Shown here piece after piece: positions 1 through 8,821 of a DNA stretch of 64,000 nt. This DNA is from an uncultured Candidatus Saccharibacteria bacterium (lineage in GTDB: Bacteria; Patescibacteriota; Saccharimonadia; Saccharimonadales; JAUPVS01): positions 2,880-66,879 of the forward strand of contig CAYWVZ010000002.1 of NCBI GenBank assembly GCA_964462215.1, given 5' to 3'. The translations under genes and the position numbers were made by a program. The first letter of the stretch is position 1. Every line of letters begins with the position of its first letter. Below the pieces are notes generated by a model. It did no database searches. It saw nothing but the letters and a program-made list of their open reading frames with translations, and was not told the origin of the DNA.

Positions 1-118
1 CATAAATACTATTGAATGTCAATACTTTTTATCATAAAAGTCCGTAAACACAAGCGCTTTCAGGGGTGACGGCCAAAAGAATAAAGCACTTTTTAATTAT
101 TGAGGAATTTTTGGGGGT

Positions 119-700
119 TTGCGGCGAGGCCGATGCTACACTGTTTATATGAATGAAGACACGGTCACCGACTTGAAGCAATTTATCGCCGCTACGGTGT
201 CGCAGGAGCTGTCGCACCAGCTAACACCTTTCCGGCAGGAAATGCGGCAGGAGATGGCCGGGATGGAGCAAAGGCTTAACGGTAAAATCGACAGCGTAGA
301 CGTTAAGTTAAGTGATAAAATTGACAGTACAAGTGCCAAGTTGAGCGCTAAGATCGACAGAGTTGAGGCTGGGCTAAACGCTAAGATCGACAATGTGGAT
401 ACCAGGTTGAGTGATAAGATCGACGGCGTGGACGCTAAGTTGAGCGCTAAGATTGATGATGTAGACACTAGACTGAGTGCTAAGATTGATGATGTAGACA
501 CTAGACTGAGTGCTAAGATAGACGGGGTGGACGCCAGATTGAGCGACAAGATTGACGGGGTGGACGCTAAGTTGAGCGATAAAATTGACAATCTTTCAGC
601 CTATGTGGGCGAGGCACTGGATGCCACCAATGACGACAATGATAAGCGATTCAAAAACCACGAGCGGCGTATCCGCAAGTTCGAAAAGGTAGCTGCCTAG
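119..700 (+). CDS. Hendecad-repeat protein. About 10 tandem 11-residue repeats K-I-D-x-V-D-x-(K/R)-L-S-x follow a roughly 50-aa N-terminus. Alternative start at 149 (MNEDT).
   Basis: ORF translation shows KIDSVDVKLSD / KIDGVDAKLSA / KIDDVDTRLSA repeats, with a basic C-terminal tail KRFKNHERRIRKFEK. The matching 33-bp DNA tandem repeat includes two identical adjacent units. Confidence 0.6.
   Translation: MRRGRCYTVYMNEDTVTDLKQFIAATVSQELSHQLTPFRQEMRQEMAGMEQRLNGKIDSVDVKLSDKIDSTSAKLSAKIDRVEAGLNAKIDNVDTRLSDKIDGVDAKLSAKIDDVDTRLSAKIDDVDTRLSAKIDGVDARLSDKIDGVDAKLSDKIDNLSAYVGEALDATNDDNDKRFKNHERRIRKFEKVAA
284..595 (+). repeat. Tandem 33-bp coding repeat array of about 9.5 units that encodes the hendecad repeats. 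Units 6 and 7 are identical.
   Basis: Directly visible periodicity aagat(c/t)gac...(g/a)ttgag(c/t)g. The exact duplicate actgagtgctaagattgatgatgtagacactag occurs twice in tandem at about 472-537. Confidence 0.8.
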
Positions 701-2952
701 GCTTTTTTGTTGGCCGGTTTTTTGTCGGCCGTGCCGTTTTTGGCTGCCGGCTTGGCTTGAGGGGCGGCGGCCTGCTTGGCCGTATCTGTTACAAGCAGCT
801 TGCGCTTGGGGAAGCTAAAGCCGAAGGTACTCCCCTTGCCCTCTTCGCTCTTGAAGATGATGGCGCCGCCCTGGGCGATAATCACCTTTTTGGCCATAAA
901 CAGGCCTAAGCCCGTGCCGTCAGGACGGGCCTTGCGGGCATTAGCCGCGCGGTAAAACTTAGTAAACAGATGTGGCTGCTCGTGCTTAGGTACGCCCAAG
1001 CCAGTGTCTACCACTGTAAATTCAATGCTGTCGGGCCTGTCGGCCAGGCTGACGGTGATAGTGCCGCCGCTCGGCGTGTAATAAATGGCATTGTCGACGA
1101 AGTTCATAATTACCTGGCGGGTCTTGGTTTCGTCGAGGTTAAGCAGCGGGAAGCTCTTGGGCTTCTGGTAGGCCAGCTTCAGGCCGCGGCCCTTGGCCGT
1201 CTCGATTAGCTGGTCAATCTCGCTGTCAACCACTTCGGACAGGTTGGTCGGCTTGGCTTCGATAATAAACTTGCCGGTCTTCAGGCGCGAGACGTTCAAG
1301 AGGTCGGCAATCAAAAACACCATGCGCTGCGAGCTAATAAACGACTGGTCGAGCAGTTTGCGCTGCTGCGGCGTGATCTTGCCGGCATCGCCCTCCAGCA
1401 CCATACTGACATAGCCCTTAACAGAGGTCAGCGGCGTCCTGAGTTGGTGCGACGCCATACTGATAAAGTCGTCTTTGGTTTCGTCCAGTTGCTTGAGCTT
1501 CTCGTTAGTCTTGCGCAACTGGCGGGTGGCGGTGTCGACCTTCTCTTGCAAAGTGACGTTGAAGTTCTGGATCTCCTCAAAGCGCTGTGCATTCTGTAAC
1601 GCCACTGCTAGTTCGTTGGTAGCGATATTCAGAAGTTGAACATCTTGGCTATTATAAATATTACCGCTCTTCTTCGGCCCTAAGATTAAATAACCCACAG
1701 TTTTGCTCTTCGTAATAAGCGGTGCAACGACACTAATATCTCCCTGCCTTAGGACTTCGTGTAATATATCTTTGCCCTCCTCGATCTCACTGTAAACCGT
1801 TATTCTTTTTCCTGTGCGGCCTAGCGCTTCTACTAGATCCTTTGGGGTTTGTATTTCCCATTCCTGTCCCATGAAGGTTTCGCGACTCAGATCGCCCTGT
1901 GCGCTATACAGTAAAAAGGTTGCATGGGTTGGCTTTAGTGCTTCTACTAAAATGTCCAGTGCACCCTTCTGTAGCTTACGAGGGCTAACGTTATTCACGA
2001 TAACATTGCTTATCTTATTCAAGACTTTCTGTGCGTCATAAGAATCCTTGTAGAATATCCTTGTAGATACTTTGTTGAAAAACTGCACCAGGGGATGAAA
2101 CGTAATTGAGACCATCAGTAATATAAGAATAAAGAGTACTGTACTGTACGTATTTGCTTGTCGCGTCTGGAATATTGTGTTGCCAAAAACTAAAACGGTT
2201 GTTGATATATATAGAACCGAGAAGAACCCTATCGTAAAAAGATAGCTTGTTGATCGTATGATAGTTGCTCGAATGTCAAAAAGTTTATAACGGGCAATGG
2301 CGTTAAGCGAAAAAGCTACAAAAATCAGTGAAAAGACCGGGCCAAGCCAAACCCACTGAGTTATGCCAAAAATAGGTAAAATCACATTCGTAATAATTGC
2401 TGGTGTGCCCGTTAAACTAGTTCCTAGCCAGAGGTTGCGAGCTTGGTAGTTTTTCTCTTGATTTTTACCTTTGGTATGTTTATTTAGAATCAGTGTACTT
2501 ACTTGGAAGTAGACGACGAAATACAGCGCATAAAAGACATAAAACAGTTTATTGGGATACAGGTTATTAAACAGCTGTTCGTTGAAACTAATCTGATACA
2601 AATTATTCCCTACAAAGAGTATCGCAGCATAAAGCACAAGCAAAAAGACCGGTAGTGAGTATATCGCGCGTGGTTTTCTATTAGTAAACAATAGACAAAA
2701 ATAAAATATGAAAAGGGTGGAAATCATCGGAGCGACTAAGAACAACAAGTACCCTATTGTTACTATTGTGGGGGACTGGGAAAATGACATAATGGCATCT
2801 CCAAGAGCCCATACCACAGCTAAAAGAGAGAAGATTGTAAAATACCTGTAAACAGACTGTTTACGCTGTATGGTCAGTTGGAAAAAAATGATAGCAAATG
2901 CAAGGTCAATCAATGCTGTGCCTAGGAGCACGCTAAGAATAAGTATCTTCAC
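697..2952 (-). CDS. Sensor histidine kinase. The N-terminus is a multi-pass membrane domain of about 7 TM, followed by a central GAF-like region, a HisKA H-box, HATPase_c, and a Lys/Ala-rich C-terminal tail.
   Basis: H-box MASHQLRTPLTSVKGYV. ATPase N/G boxes NFVDNAIYYTPSGG...DTGLGVP...GTGLGLFMAKK. Many hydrophobic segments in the first ~330 aa. Confidence 0.85.
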   Translation of the reverse strand: MKILILSVLLGTALIDLAFAIIFFQLTIQRKQSVYRYFTIFSLLAVVWALGDAIMSFSQSPTIVTIGYLLFLVAPMISTLFIFYFCLLFTNRKPRAIYSLPVFLLVLYAAILFVGNNLYQISFNEQLFNNLYPNKLFYVFYALYFVVYFQVSTLILNKHTKGKNQEKNYQARNLWLGTSLTGTPAIITNVILPIFGITQWVWLGPVFSLIFVAFSLNAIARYKLFDIRATIIRSTSYLFTIGFFSVLYISTTVLVFGNTIFQTRQANTYSTVLFILILLMVSITFHPLVQFFNKVSTRIFYKDSYDAQKVLNKISNVIVNNVSPRKLQKGALDILVEALKPTHATFLLYSAQGDLSRETFMGQEWEIQTPKDLVEALGRTGKRITVYSEIEEGKDILHEVLRQGDISVVAPLITKSKTVGYLILGPKKSGNIYNSQDVQLLNIATNELAVALQNAQRFEEIQNFNVTLQEKVDTATRQLRKTNEKLKQLDETKDDFISMASHQLRTPLTSVKGYVSMVLEGDAGKITPQQRKLLDQSFISSQRMVFLIADLLNVSRLKTGKFIIEAKPTNLSEVVDSEIDQLIETAKGRGLKLAYQKPKSFPLLNLDETKTRQVIMNFVDNAIYYTPSGGTITVSLADRPDSIEFTVVDTGLGVPKHEQPHLFTKFYRAANARKARPDGTGLGLFMAKKVIIAQGGAIIFKSEEGKGSTFGFSFPKRKLLVTDTAKQAAAPQAKPAAKNGTADKKPANKKA

Positions 2953-3025
2953 AGAATAATAATATCACTCTTGTGATGTACAAGCCCACTACAGTGTAGG
3001 GCTACCCCTACATTCTACCCCCGAA

Positions 3026-4468
3026 CTATACTTCCTCAGCTCGCCCGTTTCGTAGTGTTTGTAACGGTGCTGCCGAAAAGCCCATTTCTGCACATAGAGC
3101 GCCTATTTTTCGTACTTTGTCACCTGTTATTTCTTCTGTAACTCGAAGGTCTTCGTTATTACTATAATGGAGCACGGCACCTTCAACGCAACAGCCATAT
3201 GCTTGGCTTAATTTCAAAGGCCCCATGCCTCCGTAATTGAAACGTGTACCGGTCACTGCACCAAAGTCGGTAGGGTCTTCAGCCACGACGCCCACATGAA
3301 GGCCGCCATAAGCCTCAACTTGTTCGCTTGCAATAGCTGCCGGCTGGCTGTCATCTGCGTAGGCTCTTCCAACTAGGTCGCCTTTTTCAAGTCCAATTTT
3401 CTGCAGGTCTACGCCCTTGGTAATAGCCGATACTGTAATTCCTCCAAAGCGGAGTAATGAGGCCGTATCAGGAGAAGCAATAACCCTGTTATTTCCGTAT
3501 CTTTCTCTCAGTGTGTCCGCCTTTTGTTGGAGCACACCCTTGTGTCTATCGAATATGGCGACTTGACTGTCAGGGTGCTGTGCCAAGAGAGTATCGGCTG
3601 CTGCAAAGCCTATGCCGCCGACACCGAGTACGCCAAGGCGATCGACGTATTGATCATCAACCCTTTTCTCCTCTAGCAGTCTGCGTACGACATCTGCAAT
3701 CAACCAGGTGGTACCGCCATGTCCAGTGGTAACCTCAATACCGGGATAAGAATACGCGGCGCCATATCCGGTGTGCTTTGGCAGAAGAGCTGCCAGGCTC
3801 ATCAGTTTTACCCCGAGCCTTTCCTTCGCAAACCACGAAGTTTCTTGAGCTACCTGAAGGCCTATCTCAAAACCATTCTGGCCATTCTTTTTACTGTCCT
3901 TTAGAAGGTTTAGGAATAATGGTGAAAAGATCATGGTGCCGCCGCCGTTTTGGTGATCTTCTCCGTAGTAGTCAAGTACAAACGGGGGGAGTCCCACCAT
4001 TACACGTTGGGCGGATGGACTGTCCACGTACTTCAATAGCGGTATACAGCCGACTGTTTCTTTTCGGTAATCACAAGCGGAGAATTCACTGCCGTAGTCC
4101 GGCTTTCTCTCTACTCTTGTTGCTGCCACAAATGCGAATGAGCCACTCTGACGATAAGGATCTCGTGTACCTTCGTACACGCCAAAAACTTCCTCTATAA
4201 AATCCTGTGATCGGTGAATATCGACAGGATCAACTGGGATACCTTTACTTTCAAGTATGGCGAGTGTTGCTTCAAATTTGCGCTGAAAATAGTCTCGTTC
4301 AAAACCCTTACCCTCGCCAACGCTGGCATCAGAATTCCAGTAGCGGAGCGTGCCTCCGTACTCAGCCATGGCCTGATCTAGCTCTTCTTCAACATTAGCC
4401 CCTGGGGGAAGCTCCCCTTCAGCCATGAAGCTTAAGTGGTTTATGGATTCCTGGTTTGCGAGTGCCAT
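3026..4468 (-). CDS. Hypothetical protein with a Rossmann-type NAD(P)-binding motif (VLGVGGIGFAAA) in the C-terminal half. The family is not recognised.
   Basis: GxGxxG motif followed by an acidic residue (IFDRH). No other recognisable signature. Confidence 0.45.
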   Translation of the reverse strand: MALANQESINHLSFMAEGELPPGANVEEELDQAMAEYGGTLRYWNSDASVGEGKGFERDYFQRKFEATLAILESKGIPVDPVDIHRSQDFIEEVFGVYEGTRDPYRQSGSFAFVAATRVERKPDYGSEFSACDYRKETVGCIPLLKYVDSPSAQRVMVGLPPFVLDYYGEDHQNGGGTMIFSPLFLNLLKDSKKNGQNGFEIGLQVAQETSWFAKERLGVKLMSLAALLPKHTGYGAAYSYPGIEVTTGHGGTTWLIADVVRRLLEEKRVDDQYVDRLGVLGVGGIGFAAADTLLAQHPDSQVAIFDRHKGVLQQKADTLRERYGNNRVIASPDTASLLRFGGITVSAITKGVDLQKIGLEKGDLVGRAYADDSQPAAIASEQVEAYGGLHVGVVAEDPTDFGAVTGTRFNYGGMGPLKLSQAYGCCVEGAVLHYSNNEDLRVTEEITGDKVRKIGALCAEMGFSAAPLQTLRNGRAEEV

Positions 4469-4674
4469 TACTTACCTTTCTTCTCGCTTAAATGTCTGTT
4501 GAAAATAAAAAGCCGCCCGCTCGCCCCTGTTGATATACAAAGGCGACTGGACGGATTTTATCTTCTAAAGTACTGATTGCAATATTACTACAAAAGCGTC
4601 AATATGTCAAGCATTTCCGGAATGGTTTCGCGGGGAGGTTCTCTTCTGCTTGATGCTTGAGTTAGAATATAGTT

Positions 4675-5163
4675 ATGATTCTGTACCACGCTTCGACCGA
4701 CAAACAACTGTCGGTTATCAAGCCGCAGCCAACACTGAGTCACGACAAATACATCGGCGATTTCGTTTTTGCGACAGTGGACAAGAAAATGGCGCTGATG
4801 TACCTGGTGCCAAAAGGTATTCCGACCCTGATGAACCCCAAGGGACGTAACCCAAATATAGTTATGTGTACGACGGTATCAGATTTTGTAGCTAAAGATG
4901 GTGGTGGTGCAATTTATGAACTTCCGGGCAAAGACTTCGTAAGAACCCCACAAGAGGGGCTCAGCGACTATGAGATGGTTAGCCGCAATGCCATAAAACC
5001 ACTAAGAAAAGAGGTGTACGCAAATACGCTGGATGCGCTAGCGGCTGCGAATATAACGATACGATTCACCGATGAGGCAACGTTCAACAAACTGATAAAA
5101 AGTCCTCAACAGGCAAGCATGATAGAGGCGCTCGATGTATATAGACCGGATGGCATCAGTTAG
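4675..5163 (+). CDS. Hypothetical 162-aa protein. The N-terminal LYHAS motif resembles the LYHGT strand of Tpt1/KptA-type ADP-ribosyltransferase-fold proteins. Speculative.
   Basis: MILYHASTDKQ...FVFAT...AIYELPG pattern (His-containing strand 1, S/T strand, late Glu). AT-richer than the flanks. Confidence 0.35.
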   Translation: MILYHASTDKQLSVIKPQPTLSHDKYIGDFVFATVDKKMALMYLVPKGIPTLMNPKGRNPNIVMCTTVSDFVAKDGGGAIYELPGKDFVRTPQEGLSDYEMVSRNAIKPLRKEVYANTLDALAAANITIRFTDEATFNKLIKSPQQASMIEALDVYRPDGIS

Positions 5164-5326
5164 GCCTTCAGTTTTTCAACCAACCTAATACGAAAGCCTC
5201 CGAGAGGTTATCCTAAAAGTGTCCTCAACCTATCTGAACCTGGACAGGTTGCGGAAAAGGCCGGTCTTGGAACCTGATATGGCTCTATATACCGGTCATG
5301 AACCTTTGCGCTATAATTTACGCAGT

Positions 5327-5902
5327 ATGAAGGCTATTTGTTTCGCAACATCGAATTCAGAGAAAATACAAATTGCACAGACCATATGTTCGGAAGCCGG
5401 TTTGGCCATAAAGCCAGTTTCACTTGATGTTGACGAGATTCAGGGCGAAGATCCGGAAGTAATCGTGCGAGACAAAGCACTGCGAGCTTATCAGCAACTC
5501 GGTATGCCTGTAGTGGTGAGCGACGATACCTGGGATATTAGGGCACTCAATGGTTTCCCGGGTGCATACATGAAGTCGATCAACTATTGGTTTAGACCGG
5601 AAGATTTTTTAAGACTAATGCATGGGGTCGAGGATAGGCACATAACCCTTCATCAGTACCTTGCATACACAGACGGAAACGTAACGGAAGTTTTTAAGAA
5701 CGATATTGAAGGGCAGATTATTGACAAGGCTCGTGGCAAAAACGAGAAATCACCAAACATGACAGTCATTGTACTTGATTCTGACAATGGCAAAACTATA
5801 GCTGAGGTTTTCGAACAAGGTGAGATAGCCGTAGTTACTCGCTATAAAAACCGACCAGATGCATGGCATGGATTCGTTGAATGGTATAAAAAAATCCAAT
5901 AG
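5327..5902 (+). CDS. Ham1/ITPase-family non-canonical purine NTP pyrophosphatase (RdgB-like).
   Basis: Motifs ATSNSEK, VVSDDTWDIRALNGFPGAYMKS. Start chosen at internal Met 5327 (MKAICFATSN). Confidence 0.7.
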   Translation: MKAICFATSNSEKIQIAQTICSEAGLAIKPVSLDVDEIQGEDPEVIVRDKALRAYQQLGMPVVVSDDTWDIRALNGFPGAYMKSINYWFRPEDFLRLMHGVEDRHITLHQYLAYTDGNVTEVFKNDIEGQIIDKARGKNEKSPNMTVIVLDSDNGKTIAEVFEQGEIAVVTRYKNRPDAWHGFVEWYKKIQ

Positions 5903-6044
5903 CACAAATACTTACTGGATAGCCTGTAAAATATGTGCTCTTGGCTCAGCTTGCTGGTCGTGGAGCTATTTTTCGCACTGTTCGTATCTGTTACATAAGA
6001 TACATATGCGTGGATTTTGCATTGTGATTTGACACAATAGAGAT

Positions 6045-6212
6045 ATGAATAGTAGCAAAGTTATTAATGTAGATGAAAGCAGCCCGGAGTTCCTGCTTGA
6101 GCTGGAGCGACGCATTAAACTTGCTAAAAATCCTAAAAATCGTATACCGCTTGAGCGAGCCAAGAAAGATATTCTAAAAAAGTACCAGGATCTTGCTGGC
6201 GTAAAAGTATAG
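6045..6212 (+). CDS. Small 55-aa antitoxin-like ORF (charged, helical), followed by a start-less remnant ORF at about 6216-6335.
   Basis: MNSSKVINVDESSPEFLLELERRIKLAKNPKNRIPLERAKKDILKKYQDLAGVKV. Below the 60-aa threshold of the ORF track. Resemblance to type II antitoxins is only general. Confidence 0.3.
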   Translation: MNSSKVINVDESSPEFLLELERRIKLAKNPKNRIPLERAKKDILKKYQDLAGVKV

Positions 6213-6329
6213 CGTTAATCTTACAGAAGATGCCGAGAATGACATTGCCGTGTTTGAAGATAACCCGGATGTGCAGGAGCGGGTACACTCAGGGCTGCAG
6301 TCCATAAATCACTGGTTTACCCCTGTGAT

Positions 6330-6827
6330 ATGATAGTACCTATGCAGAAATTTACTCAGAAATACACAATCATATGTTTATTAGAAGACGCGGAAGAAGG
6401 TTATGAATATCCTTCAGACAATTGGCCGCTACACACTACGCTGGCAGATACATTTGCAATCGATCAGGGCATTGATAAGCTCAAGAATCTTCTCGATGAA
6501 ATAGCTACAAAAGCAAACTCCACTTCAGCGGAAGCTACTCACAATGAGTACTTTGGTCCTGATAATATCAAAGTCACTGTGCTTAAAAAGAATGAAGGAA
6601 TCAGGGGCTTGCATTACGAAATTGTAAATTCTCTTGAACGTTTAGGTGTTACGTTTAATGATCCGCAGTACACGAAAGATGGATTTAAGCCCCATGCAAC
6701 AGCCCAGAAACATGCCGAGGTAAAAGTCGGAGAAAATGTAAATATTAACAATCTTGCAATAGTAGACATGTTCCCGGGCAAAGATGCCTATCAAAGGAAG
6801 ATTCTTAAGAAAGCTAGTCTAGGCTAA
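6330..6827 (+). CDS. 2H phosphoesterase superfamily protein (LigT / 2'-5' RNA ligase / cyclic phosphodiesterase-like).
   Basis: Two H-x-T-x motifs: PLHTTLAD and KPHATAQK. Confidence 0.7.
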   Translation: MIVPMQKFTQKYTIICLLEDAEEGYEYPSDNWPLHTTLADTFAIDQGIDKLKNLLDEIATKANSTSAEATHNEYFGPDNIKVTVLKKNEGIRGLHYEIVNSLERLGVTFNDPQYTKDGFKPHATAQKHAEVKVGENVNINNLAIVDMFPGKDAYQRKILKKASLG

Positions 6828-6881
6828 CTTGTAGAGAATTTTGCTGTTTTTCGGATAGTTTGCTACAACTTAGGCATAGAT

Positions 6882-7265
6882 ATGTCGGATAACACAAAAA
6901 CCATCGCCATCGTCGAAGACGAGCCCGCCATCTGCGAGATGTACCGGTTCCGGTTGGCGGCGGCCGGTTTTACGGTGGTCACAGCCCGTGACGGGCAGCA
7001 GGGGCTAGAGGTATGCCAAAAACACCGGCCGGATTTGATTTTGCTCGACCTGCGCATGCCGGTAATGAGCGGCGATGAGATGCTCGAACAGTTACGCCAG
7101 ACAGATTGGGGAGCTAAGGCACGGGTGGTGATTTTGACTAATATCAGCCGCGATGAGGCGCCGCACGGCTTGCGGCTGCTGCATGTTGACCGCTACGTCG
7201 TCAAAGCCCACCACACCCCCGGCCAAATCACCCAAATCGTCAAAGAAATCTTAAATCTTGCGTAA
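6882..7265 (+). CDS. Single-domain response regulator (CheY-like receiver only).
   Basis: IAIVEDEP...LILLDLRMP...VVILTN...VVKAHHTP. Acidic pocket, phospho-Asp, Thr and Lys are all present. No output domain. Confidence 0.85.
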   Translation: MSDNTKTIAIVEDEPAICEMYRFRLAAAGFTVVTARDGQQGLEVCQKHRPDLILLDLRMPVMSGDEMLEQLRQTDWGAKARVVILTNISRDEAPHGLRLLHVDRYVVKAHHTPGQITQIVKEILNLA

Positions 7266-7316
7266 GTCTTTTAATAATTGTTGCCAGGCCGTTGTATAGG
7301 GGCGTACTATAAAGGC

Positions 7317-7691
7317 ATGGCCGCCCGTATTCTTATCATCGAGGATGACGAAGCTATCGCTCAGATGTACCGCCTCAAGTTTGAGGCCGAGGGCTATGCG
7401 GTAGAGACCGCCCGCAACGGCTTGCTGGGGCTGGAGGCCGCCCAAAAGATCAAACCTCAAGTTATTCTGCTTGACCTGATGATGCCCGAAATGAACGGCG
7501 ACGAAATGTTGGCCAAGCTGCGCGCCACCGATTGGGGCAAAGATATCGAGGCCGTGGTTCTGACCAACATCAGCGAACAAGACATCCCGCAGCACCTGGA
7601 CAAGCTGGGTGTAGCCGCCGTGCTGCAAAAGGCCTATCACACCCCCAGCCAGGTGGTAGAGATCGTCAAAGGCATCCTTCAGGCGTCATAA
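7317..7691 (+). CDS. Single-domain response regulator, paralog 2.
   Basis: ILIIEDDEAIAQMYRLKFE...VILLDLMMPEMNGDEML. Start at internal Met 7317. Confidence 0.85.
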   Translation: MAARILIIEDDEAIAQMYRLKFEAEGYAVETARNGLLGLEAAQKIKPQVILLDLMMPEMNGDEMLAKLRATDWGKDIEAVVLTNISEQDIPQHLDKLGVAAVLQKAYHTPSQVVEIVKGILQAS

Positions 7692-7708
7692 AACAGTTCC
7701 GATACCGT

Positions 7709-8227
7709 TTATACATTGTGTCTTGTAAAGCACTCTTTGGTGTTATCATTATCAGGTTCAAGTATATATACGGTGTCAAAAGTTTCTTTGTCCTTGCGTG
7801 ATTGGTACACAATTCGGTGACGCTCAATCTCCTTAAAAAATGGGGTTGGGTAATCGTTGTTGTCTATAGTTAGAAGCGCAGAGGGCTTGGCAATACTGAA
7901 AGCCGCATTAATGACGTCGCCCGTTGGTATTTTTCTGCCGCGAGTACTTGTGTGATGGGTGTATAGATAGTGGAGTCTTGCTGCAAAATCCATAAGTGGT
8001 TTAGAAAGCGTTACGTATATCATATTTTGTTCAATATATTCCTCAATCTTATCTCTATGCGTTTTGTCTGAGCTGCGGGTGACTTCATACTTAGTAAATC
8101 CTGTCACGACAAATTTATACTGCCGCTCAAGTTCACTAAAAAGACGCACGTAGGCGGCAGTTTGAGTTTCCGTTAACGCATGAGAAATAATATTGGCGTC
8201 AACCAACAGAAGTTGTTGTGTGGCCAT
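7709..8227 (-). CDS. PIN-domain-like protein (VapC-type nuclease fold), stand-alone.
   Basis: N-terminal LLLVDANIISH (first acidic residue). C-terminal LLTIDNNDYP matches the PIN T-x-D-x-x-D motif. No cognate antitoxin ORF found upstream. Confidence 0.45.
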   Translation of the reverse strand: MATQQLLLVDANIISHALTETQTAAYVRLFSELERQYKFVVTGFTKYEVTRSSDKTHRDKIEEYIEQNMIYVTLSKPLMDFAARLHYLYTHHTSTRGRKIPTGDVINAAFSIAKPSALLTIDNNDYPTPFFKEIERHRIVYQSRKDKETFDTVYILEPDNDNTKECFTRHNV

Positions 8228-8431
8228 ACATCTAACTGGTAGCTTTGATCAAGCCTTTAGAAGGACTGGGTCTCGAGGACTTCGGCGCAATTAGTGAATT
8301 TTTGGGGATTGAAACGTCCATGAGCACCATCCTTTCGTTTCAATTCTATAGTAACATAATGTATCTACTTCGGCTTGAGTATAGTTGGTCGCTTGTCATT
8401 CCTTCTCTGTTATCGTACTATTGGTAGTAAT

Positions 8432-8803
8432 ATGGCAACTAAAGTCGCGATTGTTGAGGATGACCAAGCTATTGCCCAAATGTACCGTATCAAGTTCGAG
8501 AGCGAGGACTACGAGGTTGAAACGGCCGAAAACGGCAAACTCGGTTTAGAGCTGGCTGAAAACATGAAGCCGGATATCATCTTGCTTGACCTGATGATGC
8601 CCGAAATGAACGGCGACGAAATGTTAGCCAAACTGCGAGCTACACCGTGGGGTAAACACACCAAGGTGGTCATTTTGACTAACATGGGCGAGCAAGAAAT
8701 CCCCGACGAAGTGAAGAAGTTGGGCGTAGCGGCGGTTATCCTGAAAGCCGACATGACACCGCGCCAGGTAGCCGAGCTGGTCAAAGAGCAGCTGGCTGCT
8801 TAA
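8432..8803 (+). CDS. Single-domain response regulator, paralog 3. Near-identical at DNA level to paralog 2 over the LDLMMPEMNGDEMLAKLRAT segment.
   Basis: VAIVEDDQAIAQMYRIKFE...IILLDLMMPEMNGDEML...VVILTN...ILKADMTP. Confidence 0.85.
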   Translation: MATKVAIVEDDQAIAQMYRIKFESEDYEVETAENGKLGLELAENMKPDIILLDLMMPEMNGDEMLAKLRATPWGKHTKVVILTNMGEQEIPDEVKKLGVAAVILKADMTPRQVAELVKEQLAA

Positions 8804-8821
8804 ACTGTTATAATACGCGGC

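Noticed and set aside
145-591. 148-aa minus-strand ORF (SILSLNLASTPS... repeats) antisense to the hendecad-repeat gene.
   Set aside because: It is a translation artefact of the 33-bp tandem repeat read on the opposite strand. It has no start context and lies entirely within the better-supported plus-strand gene.
284-595. The 33-bp tandem repeats considered as a possible CRISPR array or non-coding satellite.
   Set aside because: The repeats are contiguous with no spacers. They maintain an open reading frame with strong amino-acid periodicity, and no cas genes are present.
6216-6335. Possible RelE/ParE-like toxin downstream of the 55-aa antitoxin-like ORF.
   Set aside because: The frame has no ATG/GTG/TTG start in good context and is only about 40 codons long. 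It is treated as a possible decayed remnant, not a gene.
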